From assembly GCF_032191835.1 (NCBI RefSeq), contig NC_083223.1, positions 253,270,001 through 253,334,000 of the forward strand: a DNA stretch of 64,000 bases, read 5' to 3'. The notes under the pieces are model-generated. The model saw nothing but the letters and a program-made list of their open reading frames with translations. It had not been told where the DNA came from and made no database searches. The stretch is from Heteronotia binoei. Lineage: Eukaryota. The translations under genes were made by a program, and so were the position numbers. This document shows, piece after piece, positions 11,704 to 23,100 of the stretch (positions are counted from its first letter, which is position 1; each line of letters starts with the position of its first letter).

Positions 11704-12692
11704 CATTTAAAAGTTGATTTTGGGATAAAAAAGAACTGCAGTCAGATTGTTTTTAAGTTGAAGGATGAGGAAGGTTTCTTAGTGACACACAAGTGGCAGC
11801 CAATAAGTCCCATGCACAGCTCCTTCCGCTGTCTACTGACAGAACTGGTTTTCCGTGGCATTGATTATGTCAAGGTTGCACGCGGAACCAAAATGCTTTG
11901 AGTTCCGCAGTAGTCTCACCCCAGATTTTAAGAACATCTGTACACACCAAAGAGCGCATTCCTAAGCACTTGATCCATGTACTAATTGCCTCTTCAAAAA
12001 GTCTATTTTAGTTGCACAAGTACAATGTTTAATGTATGAATGTGTCAAACATTTGAAAAACTTGGCAAAGAGGATTAGCTGCAGCTTCCTATTGGGGATT
12101 TTTTTTCCTTTGCTGTCAAGTTGCCGCTGAATTATTTATTTATTGGATTTGTCAACTGCCCTTCCCCAAAGGACTGGGCTGAGGGCGGTGCACAATACTA
12201 TCATATAAAACATCAATTTTAAACAGATTAAAACCAAGAAAACACAGCAGTTTAACTCTGGTCTGGATAGCCCGGGCAAGCCTGTGGTTAGTGCTTGGAT
12301 GGGAGACTGTCTTTGAAATACCCAGTCGGAAAACGAGGGCTGGCTCTATTCAGCCACCCTTCTGAATAACCTCCAGGCCCCCAGTAGCGGTCAGTCATCA
12401 GAGGTCAACATGACTTGCACACACATACATGAAGTTTAACTAGAGATGGCGCTGAGATCCCAATAGCACTGCTGTCTCATGGGGAAGGGCAGAGTGGAGG
12501 GAGTGCCAAGATGGAACCGTTGCTGTCTTCAACTGAACACCTGGGGGAACATCTCTGCCTTACATGCCCTGTGGAACTGGCTACTGATGTTATATGGCAG
12601 AGAGTTCCACTGGATCTCTGCCCTGGCTCTGTTCGAGGACAGCTGGACGTCTCTTGGGCTGAGGGCCACCAATCAGTTCTGATCTACAGAGT

Positions 12693-12874
12693 GCAGCAAC
12701 CCCATAGGGTTTTCAAGGCAAGAGATGTGCAGAGCTGGTTTGCCACTGCCTGATTCTGTATAGCAACCCCAGTATTCCTTAGTGGTCTCACATCTAAATG
12801 CCAGCTAGGGCCAAACCTGCTTAGCGTTGGAGATATGATGAGACTGGGCTAGCCTGGGCCATCCTGGTCAGGGC
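12693..12874 (-). mobile_element. 5S rRNA-derived SINE (also 12262-12425 +, 40674-40910 +, 63731-63915 +)
   Basis: The head aligns to 5S rRNA (gctaagcagg...ttggatgggagac); the tail has ggcagtggcaaaccac/ctcttgccttgaaaac. Confidence 0.65.
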
Positions 12875-12929
12875 CTGTTGAGTATACACTTGAAAATATG
12901 TTTGTGAGCATGAGAAGAAGCTATTGGCC

Positions 12930-13260
12930 CTCACTAGTTACATGACAGGAAGCAAAGAGTAGGAATAAGTGGACAGTTCCCACAATGGAGAAAAGTAAAC
13001 AGTGGGGGTCCCACAAGGATCAGTATTGGGGCTAGTTCATATCAGATCAAACTGCTTGCCTGACCACAGCCTGAGAGGAATTTCCTCATTTAGAGACGCT
13101 AAACCTCTGAATCCCAGAGTCAGGAGGCAACATCATGGGAAGGCCTTGGCTTCTATGCCCTGTTATTGGCCATCCAGAGGAACTGGTTGGCCACTGTGTG
13201 AGACAGGATGCTGGTCTAGATGGACCATTAGTTCAATCCATCAGGGCTCTTCTTATGTTG
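12930..13260 (+). mobile_element. Old internally deleted CR1 remnant
   Basis: GVPQGSVLG joined directly to a CR1-type 3'UTR. Confidence 0.6.
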
Positions 13261-13284
13261 TTATTGGATGGGCAGGGTACAGGG

Positions 13285-13763
13285 TAGGGTTGCTAAGTCC
13301 AGTTCAAGAAATATCTGGGGACTTTGGGGGTTGAACCAGGAGATATTGGGGGTGGAGCCAGGAACAAGATTGTGATCAGCATAATTGAACTCCAAAGGAA
13401 GTTCTGGCCATCACATTTAAAGGAACCGCACACCTTTAAAATGCCTTCTCTCAACTGGAAATAATGGAGGATAGGGGCACCTTCTTTAGGGGCTCATAGA
13501 ATTGGACCCCCTGGTATTTTGAAGAGAGGCACCAGATGCTATGCTGAAAATTTGGTGCCTCTAACTCAAACAACAGCCCCCCCCCAAGTCCCAGATACCC
13601 ACAGATCAATTCTCCATTATACCCTATGGGAATTGGTTTCCATAGGGAATAGTGGAGTGCCCAGCAGACATTCCCTCCCCGCAACTTTCTGATGCCCTTG
13701 AAGTGGGGGGAGGCCCTCCAAACCGGAGGCTCCCCTGCCTCCACCTGGGGATTGGCAACCCTA
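13285..13763. mobile_element. About 475-bp TAGGGTTGCC-TIR element (same family as 14735-15210 and 21531-21992)
   Basis: TIRs plus shared body. Confidence 0.8.
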
Positions 13764-13960
13764 GAACCAGCAGGTGAACACAATGTATTAGTTATTTTAA
13801 AACATTTCTATGCTGCCTCTCCAATAATTGCAGCTTGTGTAACTATAATACAATTTAATACAAATGTAACACAAAGTACTCCAGTATAAATCCATAACAT
13901 TTGAAACAAACAGCAAAACAGCAGCACAAAACATGGAATAATAATGCAGCCTTTTATGAC

Positions 13961-14256
13961 ATGCAAATATAAAAACCAGAAAGGTTCACGGTTGTAAATT
14001 AGTGGCAAAGTATTCAAACTATTGAAGCGTATAATTCAAAAAATCTTTAAAATACATTTAGCAGAAATCTGATAACATCAATTTACACAAGTGAATTCCT
14101 ATGACATCAAATTGACTCGGCAAAAACCCAGCAAACTGGCAAAAACCCAGCAAACCAGGAAAACAGAAAAGATTTTTTTGAATTATACCCTTCAATAGTT
14201 TGAATACATTGCCACTAATTTACAATCGTGAACCTTTCTGGTTTTTATATTTGCAT
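13961..14256. repeat. 88-bp inverted repeat with a loop of about 120 bp
   Basis: Arms 13961-14048 and 14168-14256 differ by 3 substitutions and 1 indel. Confidence 0.9.
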
Positions 14257-14734
14257 TCAATTGCGGTTTCCTCTTATTGTTTTTGCCTTTTATGACATAA
14301 CATCACAGAACCAACATCAACATGAATCTAACACGCTGGTTTCGTTAAAAGATAAAAAATATCAGTAGTCTGAAAGCCTTCACTGGGAATATTCAGCAGC
14401 CATCAGGCAAAGCAACTAAATCAGAGCTTTAGAAGAATATCTAAGAGGGTCAGCACCAATTAACCAATCTCAAAGGCTTTAAAGAGAAAGAGTGCCGCAG
14501 GTGAGACACAGGTGATATTGGAAACACAGGTATACGGAGGTAAAAGAAGTTCAAAGATTTTGCATGACTGGAGGATGTGAAGAACGAGAGGGAGGTCTGA
14601 AAAATAGAGAGTCCTGCTAGATCCAGAGCCCAGCCATCAGATAGCAGGAAGATATACTTTACTGATAGGATTACAATCAGCGTGGAACTTAAAATGTCTT
14701 GTTTTCTTTAACAGAGGCACCATAGGAAAATATT

Positions 14735-15210
14735 TAGGGTTGCCAAGTCTAATTTTAAAAAAATCTGGGGACTTTGAGGGTGGAGCCAGGAGACATTGGG
14801 TGTGGAGTCAGGAACAAGGTTGTGACAAGCATAATTGAACTCCAAAGAGAGTTCTGGCCATCACATTTAAAGGGACCACACACCTTTTAAATGTCTTCCT
14901 TCCACTGGAAATAATGAAGGATGGGAGCACCTTCTTTTTGAAACTTGGAGGGTATTTTGGGGAAAGGCACAGGATACTATGCTGCAAATTTGGTGCCTTT
15001 ATCTCAAAAAACAGCCCCCCCCCCAGAGCCCCATACCCGCAATCAATTCTCCATTATTCCCTATGGGAACCAAATCGGTCTCCATAGGGAATAATGGAGT
15101 GCCCAGCAGACATTTCCCTCCCCTTCTCCACTTTCTGATGACCCTGAAGCGGGAGGAGGTCCTCTAAACTGGGGGGGTCCCCTGCCCGCACCTGGGGATT
15201 GCCAACCCTA
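14735..15210. mobile_element. About 475-bp TAGGGTTGCC-TIR element
   Basis: Same orientation and body as 13285-13763. Confidence 0.8.
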
Positions 15211-15933
15211 TATTTACCAGGTGATGTTATTTACCTCTATGCCATTAGAAGCCACTTTTACAGAACAGGAAATTTTTCTCTAGGCATGTTGGCAATCCTG
15301 TTTACTGGACTCCAGAGGCAAGATGCTTTCCATCTGCTTTCTCCACACCATACATCATTTTATAAATTGTGTCTCCTCTTAGTCACCTTTCCCCTCCCCT
15401 GGATGCAGAGTGCCTGTTTGCCTCACACAAAATAAGCAAAATTGAGTGATACCCAGGGAATTCCCTCCGATGCATAAAACTCATTCTCATCTCCCTGATT
15501 CTTTGCCTCAGCCTTTCTTTTCACCTCACACAGCCACACATTGAGGAGCGATAGCAGTTTATTGTCTCATGTACTGTCACAAGGCATTCTCTGGCTCCGG
15601 ACCAAAGAAGAGGGAAGGCACAGATAGGAAAGCAATTTAGCAGGAAGCACAAAGATGGAATCAGGATACCAGCTCCTGGTCATGTAAGATTTGCCCAGCT
15701 CTGAGCCCGAGCATTATTCAAAAGACCTTTCTATTTCAGGAAGAATATTAAGAGCTAAGCATAAACATTATCTTAGAACAATACATTTAAATCTGTTATA
15801 TATTAATACAAAGTCGCTTCAGCGACTGGCTGACTCACTGCTAGGGTTTCCAAAAGTGTTGAGGCGCTTCAACAATAGTGAGAAAGTGGAAATTCAGTAT
15901 ACATATAGTACACAAAGCCCTGATTCTCTTAAC

Positions 15934-17135
15934 GTGACTACCATGCTGGATCAGGGGAATGCTGTAGATGTCGTTTATCTTGATTTCAGTAAGGCTTTTG
16001 ATAAGGTTCCACATATTGTCCTTGTTGACAAGTTGGTAAAATGTGGTTTGGATTCTGTTACCGTTAGGTGGATCTGTAAATGGTTGACAGATCGCACCCA
16101 AAGAGTGCTTGTGAATGGTTCCTCATCCTCCTGGAGAGGAGTGACAAGTGGAGTGCCTCAAGGATCTGTCCTGGGATCTGTTTTGTTCAACATCTTTATC
16201 AATGATTTGGATGAAGGAATAGAGGGAATGCTTATTAAATTTGCAGATGATACTAAATTGGGAGGGGTTGCAAACACAGAAGAAGACAGAAACAGGACAC
16301 AGGATGACCTTGACAGGCTGGAAAACTGCACTAAAATCAATAAAATGCATTTTAACGGGGATAAATGTAAAGTTCTGCATTTAGGTAGGAAAAATCCAAT
16401 GCATGGTTATAGATTGGGGGAGACTTGTCTTAGCAGTGGTATGTGCAAAAAGGATCTAGGGGTCTTAGTGGATCATACACTGAACATGAGTCAACAGTGT
16501 GATGTGGTGGCTAAAAAGACAAATGCAATTTTGGGCTGTATCAACAGAAGTATAGTGTCCAGATCACGTGATGTGATGGTATCGCTTAATTCTGCTCTGG
16601 TAAGACCTCACCTGGAGTATTGTGTTCAGTTTTGGGCACCACATTTTAAGAAGGATATAGACAAGCTGGAATGGGTCCAGAGGAGGGTGACGAAGGTGGT
16701 GAGGGGTCTGGAGACCAAGTCTTATGAGGAAAGGTTGAAGGAGCTGGGGATGTTTAGCCTGGAGAGGAGGCGACTGAGAGGTGATATGATCACCATCTTC
16801 AAGTACTTGAAGGGCTGTCATATAGAGGATGGTGTGGAATTGTTTTCTGTGGCGCCGGAAGGTAGGACCAGAACCAATGGGTTGAAATTAAATCAAAAGA
16901 GTTTCTGGCTCAACATTAGGAAGAACTTCCTGACCATTAGAGCAGTTTCTTAGCGGAACAGGCTTCCTCAGGAGGTGGTGGGCTCTCCTTCCTTGAAGGT
17001 TTTTAAACAGAGGCCATGTGACAGCAATGAAGATCCTGTGAATTAAGGGGGAGGTGTTTATGAGTTTCCTGCATTGTGCAGGGAGTTGGACTAGTTGATC
17101 CTAGAGGTCTCTTCCATCTCTATGATTCTATGATT
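15934..17135 (+). mobile_element. 5'-truncated CR1 LINE (family A) with RT domain still open
   Basis: YLDFSKAFDKVPH...GVPQGSVLG...FADDTKL; (ATTCTATG)n tail. Confidence 0.93.
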
Positions 17136-17295
17136 ACTAGAGATCCTTGTACCTCTTTCTCAAAAGAAGTTGCTCCAGCACAAAGCAAGCCAAGGTACTG
17201 ATGAGACAAGGTTCCAAACCAAATTAGGCATGAGAATCAACACAGGGCTCTTATATTGCTCCAGTGGGCCGAAGCTGAACTGCCATAGGACTACA

Positions 17296-18486
17296 TGACA
17301 TAGAGTCATTGAGGAAGACTCAGCATGGGTTCTGTAAGGGAAGATCTTGCCTCACTAACCTGTTACAGTTCTTTGAGGGGGTGAACAAGCATGTGGTCAA
17401 AAGGGACCCTTGACTTCCAGAAAGCTTTTGATAAAGTTCCTTATCAAAGGCTCCTTAGTAAGCTCGAGACTCATGGAGTAAAAGGACAGGTCCTCTTGTG
17501 GATCAAAAACTGACTAATTAATAGGAAGCAGAGAGTGAGTATAAACAGGCAGTCTTCACAGTGGAAGACGGTAAGCAGTGGGGTGCCGCAGGGCTCAGTA
17601 CTGGGTCCCATGCTCTTTAACTTGTTCGTTAATGATCTGGAGTTGGGAGTAAGCAGTGAAGTGGCCAAGTTTGCAGATGACACTAAATTGTTCAGGGTGG
17701 TGAGAACCAGAGAGGATTGTGAGGCACTCCAAAGGGATCTGTTGAGGCTGGGTGAGTGGACGTCAACGTGGCAGATGAGGTTCAATGTGGCCAAGTGCAA
17801 AGTAATGCACATTGGGGCCAAGAATCCCAGCTACAAATACAAGTTGATGGGTTGTGAACTGGCAGAGACTGACCAAGAGAGAGATCTTGGGTCATGGTAG
17901 ATAACTCATTGAAAATGTCAAGACAGTGTGCGTTTGCAATAAAAAAGGCCAACGCCATGCTGGGAATTATTAGGAAGGGAATTGAAAACAAATCAGCCAG
18001 TATCATAATGCCCCTGTATAAATCGATGGTGCGGTCTTATTTGGAGTACTGTGTGCAATTCTGGTCACCGCACCTCAAAAAGGATATTATAGCATTGGAG
18101 AAAGTGCAGAAAAGGGCAACTAGAATGATTAAAGGTTTGGAACACTTTCCCTATGAAGAAAGGTTAAAACGCTTGGGGCTCTTTAGCTTGGAGAAACGTC
18201 GCCTGCGGGGTGACATGATAGAGGTTTACAAGATTATGCATGGGATGGAGAAGGTAGAGAAAAAAGTCCTTTTCTCTCTTTCTCACAATACAAGAACTCG
18301 TGGGCATTCAATGAAATTGCTGAGCAGTCAGGTTAGAATGGATAAAAGGAAGTACTTCCTCACCCAAAGGGTGATTAACGTGTGGAATTCACTGCCACAG
18401 GAGATGGTGGCGGCTACAAGCATAGCCAGCTTCAAGAGGGGATTGGATAAAAATATGGAGCAGAGGTCCATCAGTGGCTATTAGCC

Positions 18487-18523
<37 letters not shown>

Positions 18524-18600
18524 TGGCCACTGTGTGATACAGTGTTGGACTGGATGGGCCATTGGCCTGATCCAACATGGCTTCTCTTATGTTCTTATGA
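17296..18600 (+). mobile_element. 5'-truncated CR1 LINE (family B) with frameshifts
   Basis: QHGF...CLTNL and RT motifs; (TG)n in the 3'UTR at about 18490-18520; TTCTTATG tail; close to 33277-34392. Confidence 0.92.
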
Positions 18601-18952
18601 TTTTGCATGAGACATATGATAGGAGTTCTGTGTACCAGATGCATGATTTGTGATCATGTCCCCATTTGTATGGTTCAAAGCATCTGCAGTCTTCCTGCCC
18701 ATATACTGTTTTTGCATCCAGAAAAAGCCCAGTGAGTAGTTATCTGCCCCACCAAGAAAGCTATATGTGATAATGACTCTATGTGAGTTTCTCCACTAGT
18801 GCAAATAGTGCCCCCACTGGGGCCATTTCAGGATATAAAAATGGTACATGAGGTTGGGGGACTGAAGCTGCTTCTACCTGTGTGCTGCAGTCATGATCAG
18901 GATGGGGCCTGCAGGCATTTGGGGGCAAAGAACTCCCCTTGCCTCATGCACC

Positions 18953-19151
18953 TAGGGTTACCAGCTCCAGGTTAGGAAATTCTTGGAGTCTTTGGGGTGG
19001 AGCCTGGGGAGGACAGGGACCTCAGTGGGATACACCATAGTGTGCACCCTCCAAAGCATCCATTTCTTCCAGTGGAACTGACTTCTGTAGTCTGGAGATG
19101 AGCTATAATTCCAGGAGATCCCCAGGTTCCACCTGGAGGCTGGCATCCCTA
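18953..19151. mobile_element. About 200-bp TAGGG-TIR element; a copy of this family (32185-38138) hosts the Gypsy element
   Basis: TSD catgcacc/catgtgcc, consistent with ancestral catgcgcc. Confidence 0.75.
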
Positions 19152-19234
19152 CATGTGCCATGAGACAGAAAGAATACATGTGGGAATCATAGAATCATAG
19201 AGTTGGAAGGGATCTCCAGGGTCCAGGAGAAGGA

Positions 19235-19500
19235 GAAGATGATGATATTGGATTTATACCCTACCCTATACTCTGAATCTCAGAGTATTACAATCTCCTT
19301 TACTTCCACCCCCACAACAGACACCCTGTGAGGTAGGTGGGACCGAGAGACCTCTCCCAGAAGCTGCCCTTTCAAGGACAGCTCTAATAGCTATGACTGA
19401 CCCAAGGCCATTCTAGCAGCTGCAAGTGGCGGAGTGGGAAATCAAACCCAGTTCTCCCAGGTAAGAGTCCATGCACTTAACCACCACACCAAACTGGCTC
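19235..19500 (-). mobile_element. Young Squam3-like SINE
   Basis: Same family as 41878. Confidence 0.8.
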
Positions 19501-20425
19501 TTGCATTGTGCAAGAGAAATGTAGCTACTGATAATCCTCCTCACCTTCCGAAATGTGTGGATATCTATGGATAATTTCATCCTCAAAACACATTACTATC
19601 TTCTTTCTCCTCCAAGTCTGTGCAACTAGAGACAGGATCAACTAAATAAGTTAATAGTGGATTTCTATTCTACATGAACAGTGTCTCCGTGATGACCTAG
19701 CAGCCAGGAGATGTAGTGGAAGTGATGGGAGGCGAGAGGGGAGGGTAGAAGCGTTGGTGTGTTTAGTTTTATTTAATTATTATGAAACTGTCTTGCTAGA
19801 CCGGGTCTGAACATTGCCAGACTATAAAAGGATAGCTTGTCTTATAACGTAGGTTTTTATACCTGTTTTTTACGTGCATGTCTAGCCAAGTCAAGAGATG
19901 CCTCTTTCCCCATGCCACTCAAAAGATTCAGCTTGTAAAGACCTTGGGGCAAGGAGCTGGTGAATAATGAAGATGAAAACTGTAGAAACTCCTATTAAAG
20001 GCCAACAATTGCATGGAGTGGCACGCTTAATGTTCATGCATGTGCATTTACATTGATGTTTGCTGCTGACTAGCCATTCAGAGAGTTTGTAGTACAAACC
20101 TTAGCAGAATTACATCCTTCTGAGTCAGTGGAAGTCAACAGGTATAGAAAAATGTTAACTCAGTTGGGGATTGCACTGCTAACTTCTGCAGAATTCAGAC
20201 AGGGACCCAAAAGAGTGACTATGTTAGTAAATAGGGTTGGCAACAAGCTGGAGGGAAAAAAATGCCATGCCCTTTTAACAGAAGCTTACTGGGATATCAT
20301 TTACCAGGGATTTTATTCACCTGACCATGCTATGAAAAGCTTCATCTCCCCATTTCTCAGTGGTTTTTTTGTAGAAAGAGCCCATCAGGAACTCATTTGC
20401 ATATGAGGCCACACACCCTGACACT

Positions 20426-21137
20426 CTTCTTCTTGGCTTGACTTCGCGAACGAAGATTTAAGAAAGGTGCAGTAGTCCACGACTGCTGCAGGCTCGCTGG
20501 TGGCTGACAAGACCAATGTGGGACAGGCAGGTCCGGCCACAGTGGCTGCAGGGAAAAGTCTGATTTGGGGTTGGTGCTGTAGCAGTGCGATTCTTCCTCA
20601 ATCTCCTTTTGTCCTCAAGACCAGCTATGCGTGCGTTCTCAAAGGAAGAGACAGCCTGGTGGATGGTGTGCCTCCATGCTTTGCGATCTGAGGCTAGGTC
20701 AGACCACTGGTGATGGTTGATGCGACAGGTACCAAGGGATTTCTTCAAGGAGTCCTTGTACCTCTTCTTTGGTGCCCCTCTATTTCGATGGCCGGTGGAA
20801 AGTTCACCATACAGGGCAATTTTGGGAAGGCGGTGGTTTTCCATCCTGGAAATATGCCCTGCCCAGCGCAGCTGTGTCTTCAACAGCAGTGCCTCGATGC
20901 TTGTAACCTCCGCCCGCTTGAGGACTTCAGTGTTCGTCACAAAGTCACTCCAGTGGATGTTGAGGATGGTGCGAAGGCAGCGCTGATGAAAGCGCTCAAG
21001 GAGTCGCAGGTGATGACGGTACAAAACCCACGATTCAGAGCCGTAGATGAGGGTTGTCATCACAACCACTTTATAAACATTGATCTTTGTGCCTTTTTTC
21101 AGATGCTTATTGCTCCACACTCTTTTATGCAGTCGGC
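20426..21137 (-). mobile_element. 5'-truncated RTE-clade LINE (AviRTE-like) with an open ORF end
   Basis: ORF 20458-21120 LIYGSESW...LRWAGHISRM...CSHCGR; (GAA)n tail; 10-bp TSD ccctgacact (20416-20425 and 21138-21147). Confidence 0.9.
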
Positions 21138-21530
21138 CCCTGACACTAAGCCAGCCAGAACTGCGTTCCTGCTTTAAAAAAAAGCCCTGCCTTTCTATTT
21201 ATTTATTTTATTTTATTGGATTTCTATCCCACCCTCCCCGCCGAAGCAGGCTCAGGGCTTTATTAAAGGGGCAGGGCAATTTTTGCCTCTCTAGGTTGTT
21301 GGCAGCCCTATTGACAACTTTGCAACCTGTTTAAAAAGCATCCTGCCAAGGCCCAAATAGGTTCAAAAGTAGAGGCAGCTGTTTATGAATGGCAGACATC
21401 TGTATATTTGGAAAGCTCCTGGGAAATTACATTGGTACCATTTCAGCCTGATCTTTCTTCCACCAAGAAGGTACAAACAGCAGAGTTCTCTTCCAGTTGC
21501 TGTGCCTCCTCTTTGAAGGTCTACACAGAG

Positions 21531-21992
21531 TAGGGTTGCCAATCCCCAGTTGGGGGCAAGAGATCTCCTGATTTAGAGGCCCTCCCTCTGCTTCAGGGTT
21601 ATCAGAAAGCAGTGGGGTGGGAGGGAAATGTCTGCCGGGCTCTCCATTATACCCTATGGAGACTGGTCCCCATAGGGTATAATGAAGAATCGCTCCATGG
21701 GTATCTGGGCTGGGGCCCACCCTGTTTTTTGCATTGTATCTGGTGCCTCTCCTCAGCCCCCCCCCCCCAAGTTTCAAAAATATTAGACCAGGGGGGTCTA
21801 TGAGCCCCAAAAGAAGATGCTGTCATCCTCCATTAATTCCAACGAAGGGAAGTCATTTAAAGGAGCATGGTCCCTTTAAATGTGATGGCCAGAATTCCCT
21901 TCGGAGTTCAATCGTGCTTGTCACAATATTGCTCCTGGCTCCACTCCCAAAGCCCCCAGATATTTACTGAGTCAGACCTGGCAACCACCCTA
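21531..21992. mobile_element. About 460-bp TAGGGTTGCC-TIR element, inverted relative to the other two, about 1 kb upstream of the PIAS3 ATG
   Basis: TSD-like acacagag/tcacaggg. Confidence 0.78.
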
Positions 21993-22499
21993 TCACAGGG
22001 TGGGATTCTCCTGTTAGGGACCATAATGAGCCAGCACATAACCAGCATCTGTAAGGAAGTTGGACGGGTGCATTGTCTGACAATTTCTTCTGTGGAGCTC
22101 TGATCTCCAGGCAAAAGGGGTCCAAGCACCAGTAGCTGGAGCGGCTGACAGGCATCTAGGCATGTGATTGCTCTCTCTGTCTCCCCCCCCCCCCCACTCC
22201 CGCTTGCAAAAGGGGGTATTATGCCAGTATTATGTCATGATGCAGTGATGTTCTGCCTGCATATCTTGGGAGAAGGCTTTCCGCGCTGTGTCCAGTGCAG
22301 GACACACCACTAGCAGCTTTAGAGAGAGGCAGTGTCATTTTTAAAGTTATCGCAACTGGATTTCATGTTGTAGGGATTGTCTTAACTGCCCTGAGCTCTG
22401 TGAATTCAGAGAAGGGCGGTATACCAATCTAAATGATAAATAAAATCAAAATAAATAAAATAATCGGATCCTAAGTTGTATAAAAGATGCTGTCAGTCA

Positions 22500-23100
22500 G
22501 AGTAGACAATGCTGGCGCTGACGTACTCGACAGCTTCATGGGCTTGCGGCCCTGGTCTTACTTATTTACTTTAATTAAATTTAACTTTACATATTAGGGT
22601 ATCGTTAAAAGCAACAAGCACCTGGATGCGCCGCAGAAACTTCTCTCCCCCCCTTGCAATGTTTTTAGTTCAGTGCCAGCGTGCGTGAAGGGACTGGGAG
22701 GGCAGAAGGAACGCGAAGGGAGGCTGGGGGAGTGGGAGGGGAGAGAATCTCCTGCGTCTGAGCGCGGACCGAGCATTTTTGCACCGCTCCCTTACAGCCC
22801 TCCCCTCTGTTCTCTACGGCCCCGCAGGAGTCACGCCCCTCCGCTTCCGCGGCGCTTCTGAAAAACTCAAGGGGGCGGTTCTCGCTCGCTTCGCCTCTGC
22901 GGCTCGTTGCCTGCTGAGAAATTTGCCTCCGCTCCCTTGGCCGTTCTCCGCTTCTAGCCGAGGCGGCTACGATGTCTCAAGATGGCGGAGGCGGCCGAGC
23001 TGAAGGTAGGGAGGGGAAAGGAAGGGGGTAGAAAGACCGGGCGTTTCCCCCTGCCGCCTGCCTCCCCGGGGTTGGGGGAAAGAGAAGAAGCCTTTGTTAC
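22500..23100 (+). promoter_or_regulatory. CpG-island promoter of PIAS3
   Basis: Sharp rise in CpG density; GC box gggggcgg near 22870; ETS-like gcttccgc near 22842; YY1-type CAAGATGGCGG overlapping the start codon. Confidence 0.8.
22982..23005 (+). CDS. PIAS3: PIAS3 coding exon 1 (MAEAAELK)
   Basis: Strong Kozak caagATGG; AAG|gtaggg donor; splices in frame to HMVMSF (human MAELGELK|HMVMSF). Confidence 0.9.

Noticed and set aside
12262-12425. 5S rRNA gene
   Set aside because: Diverged, internally deleted and fused to a SINE tail.
15445-15780. Second solo LTR
   Set aside because: It has an LTR-like minus-strand poly(A) signal, but I found no matching TSD or convincing TG/CA pair.
15691-16953. 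420-aa ORF as a host gene or domesticated RT fusion
   Set aside because: The first ~80 aa are chance read-through of flanking DNA into a 5'-truncated CR1. The start is non-ATG, there are no splice or promoter signals, and the ORF ends at a premature stop.
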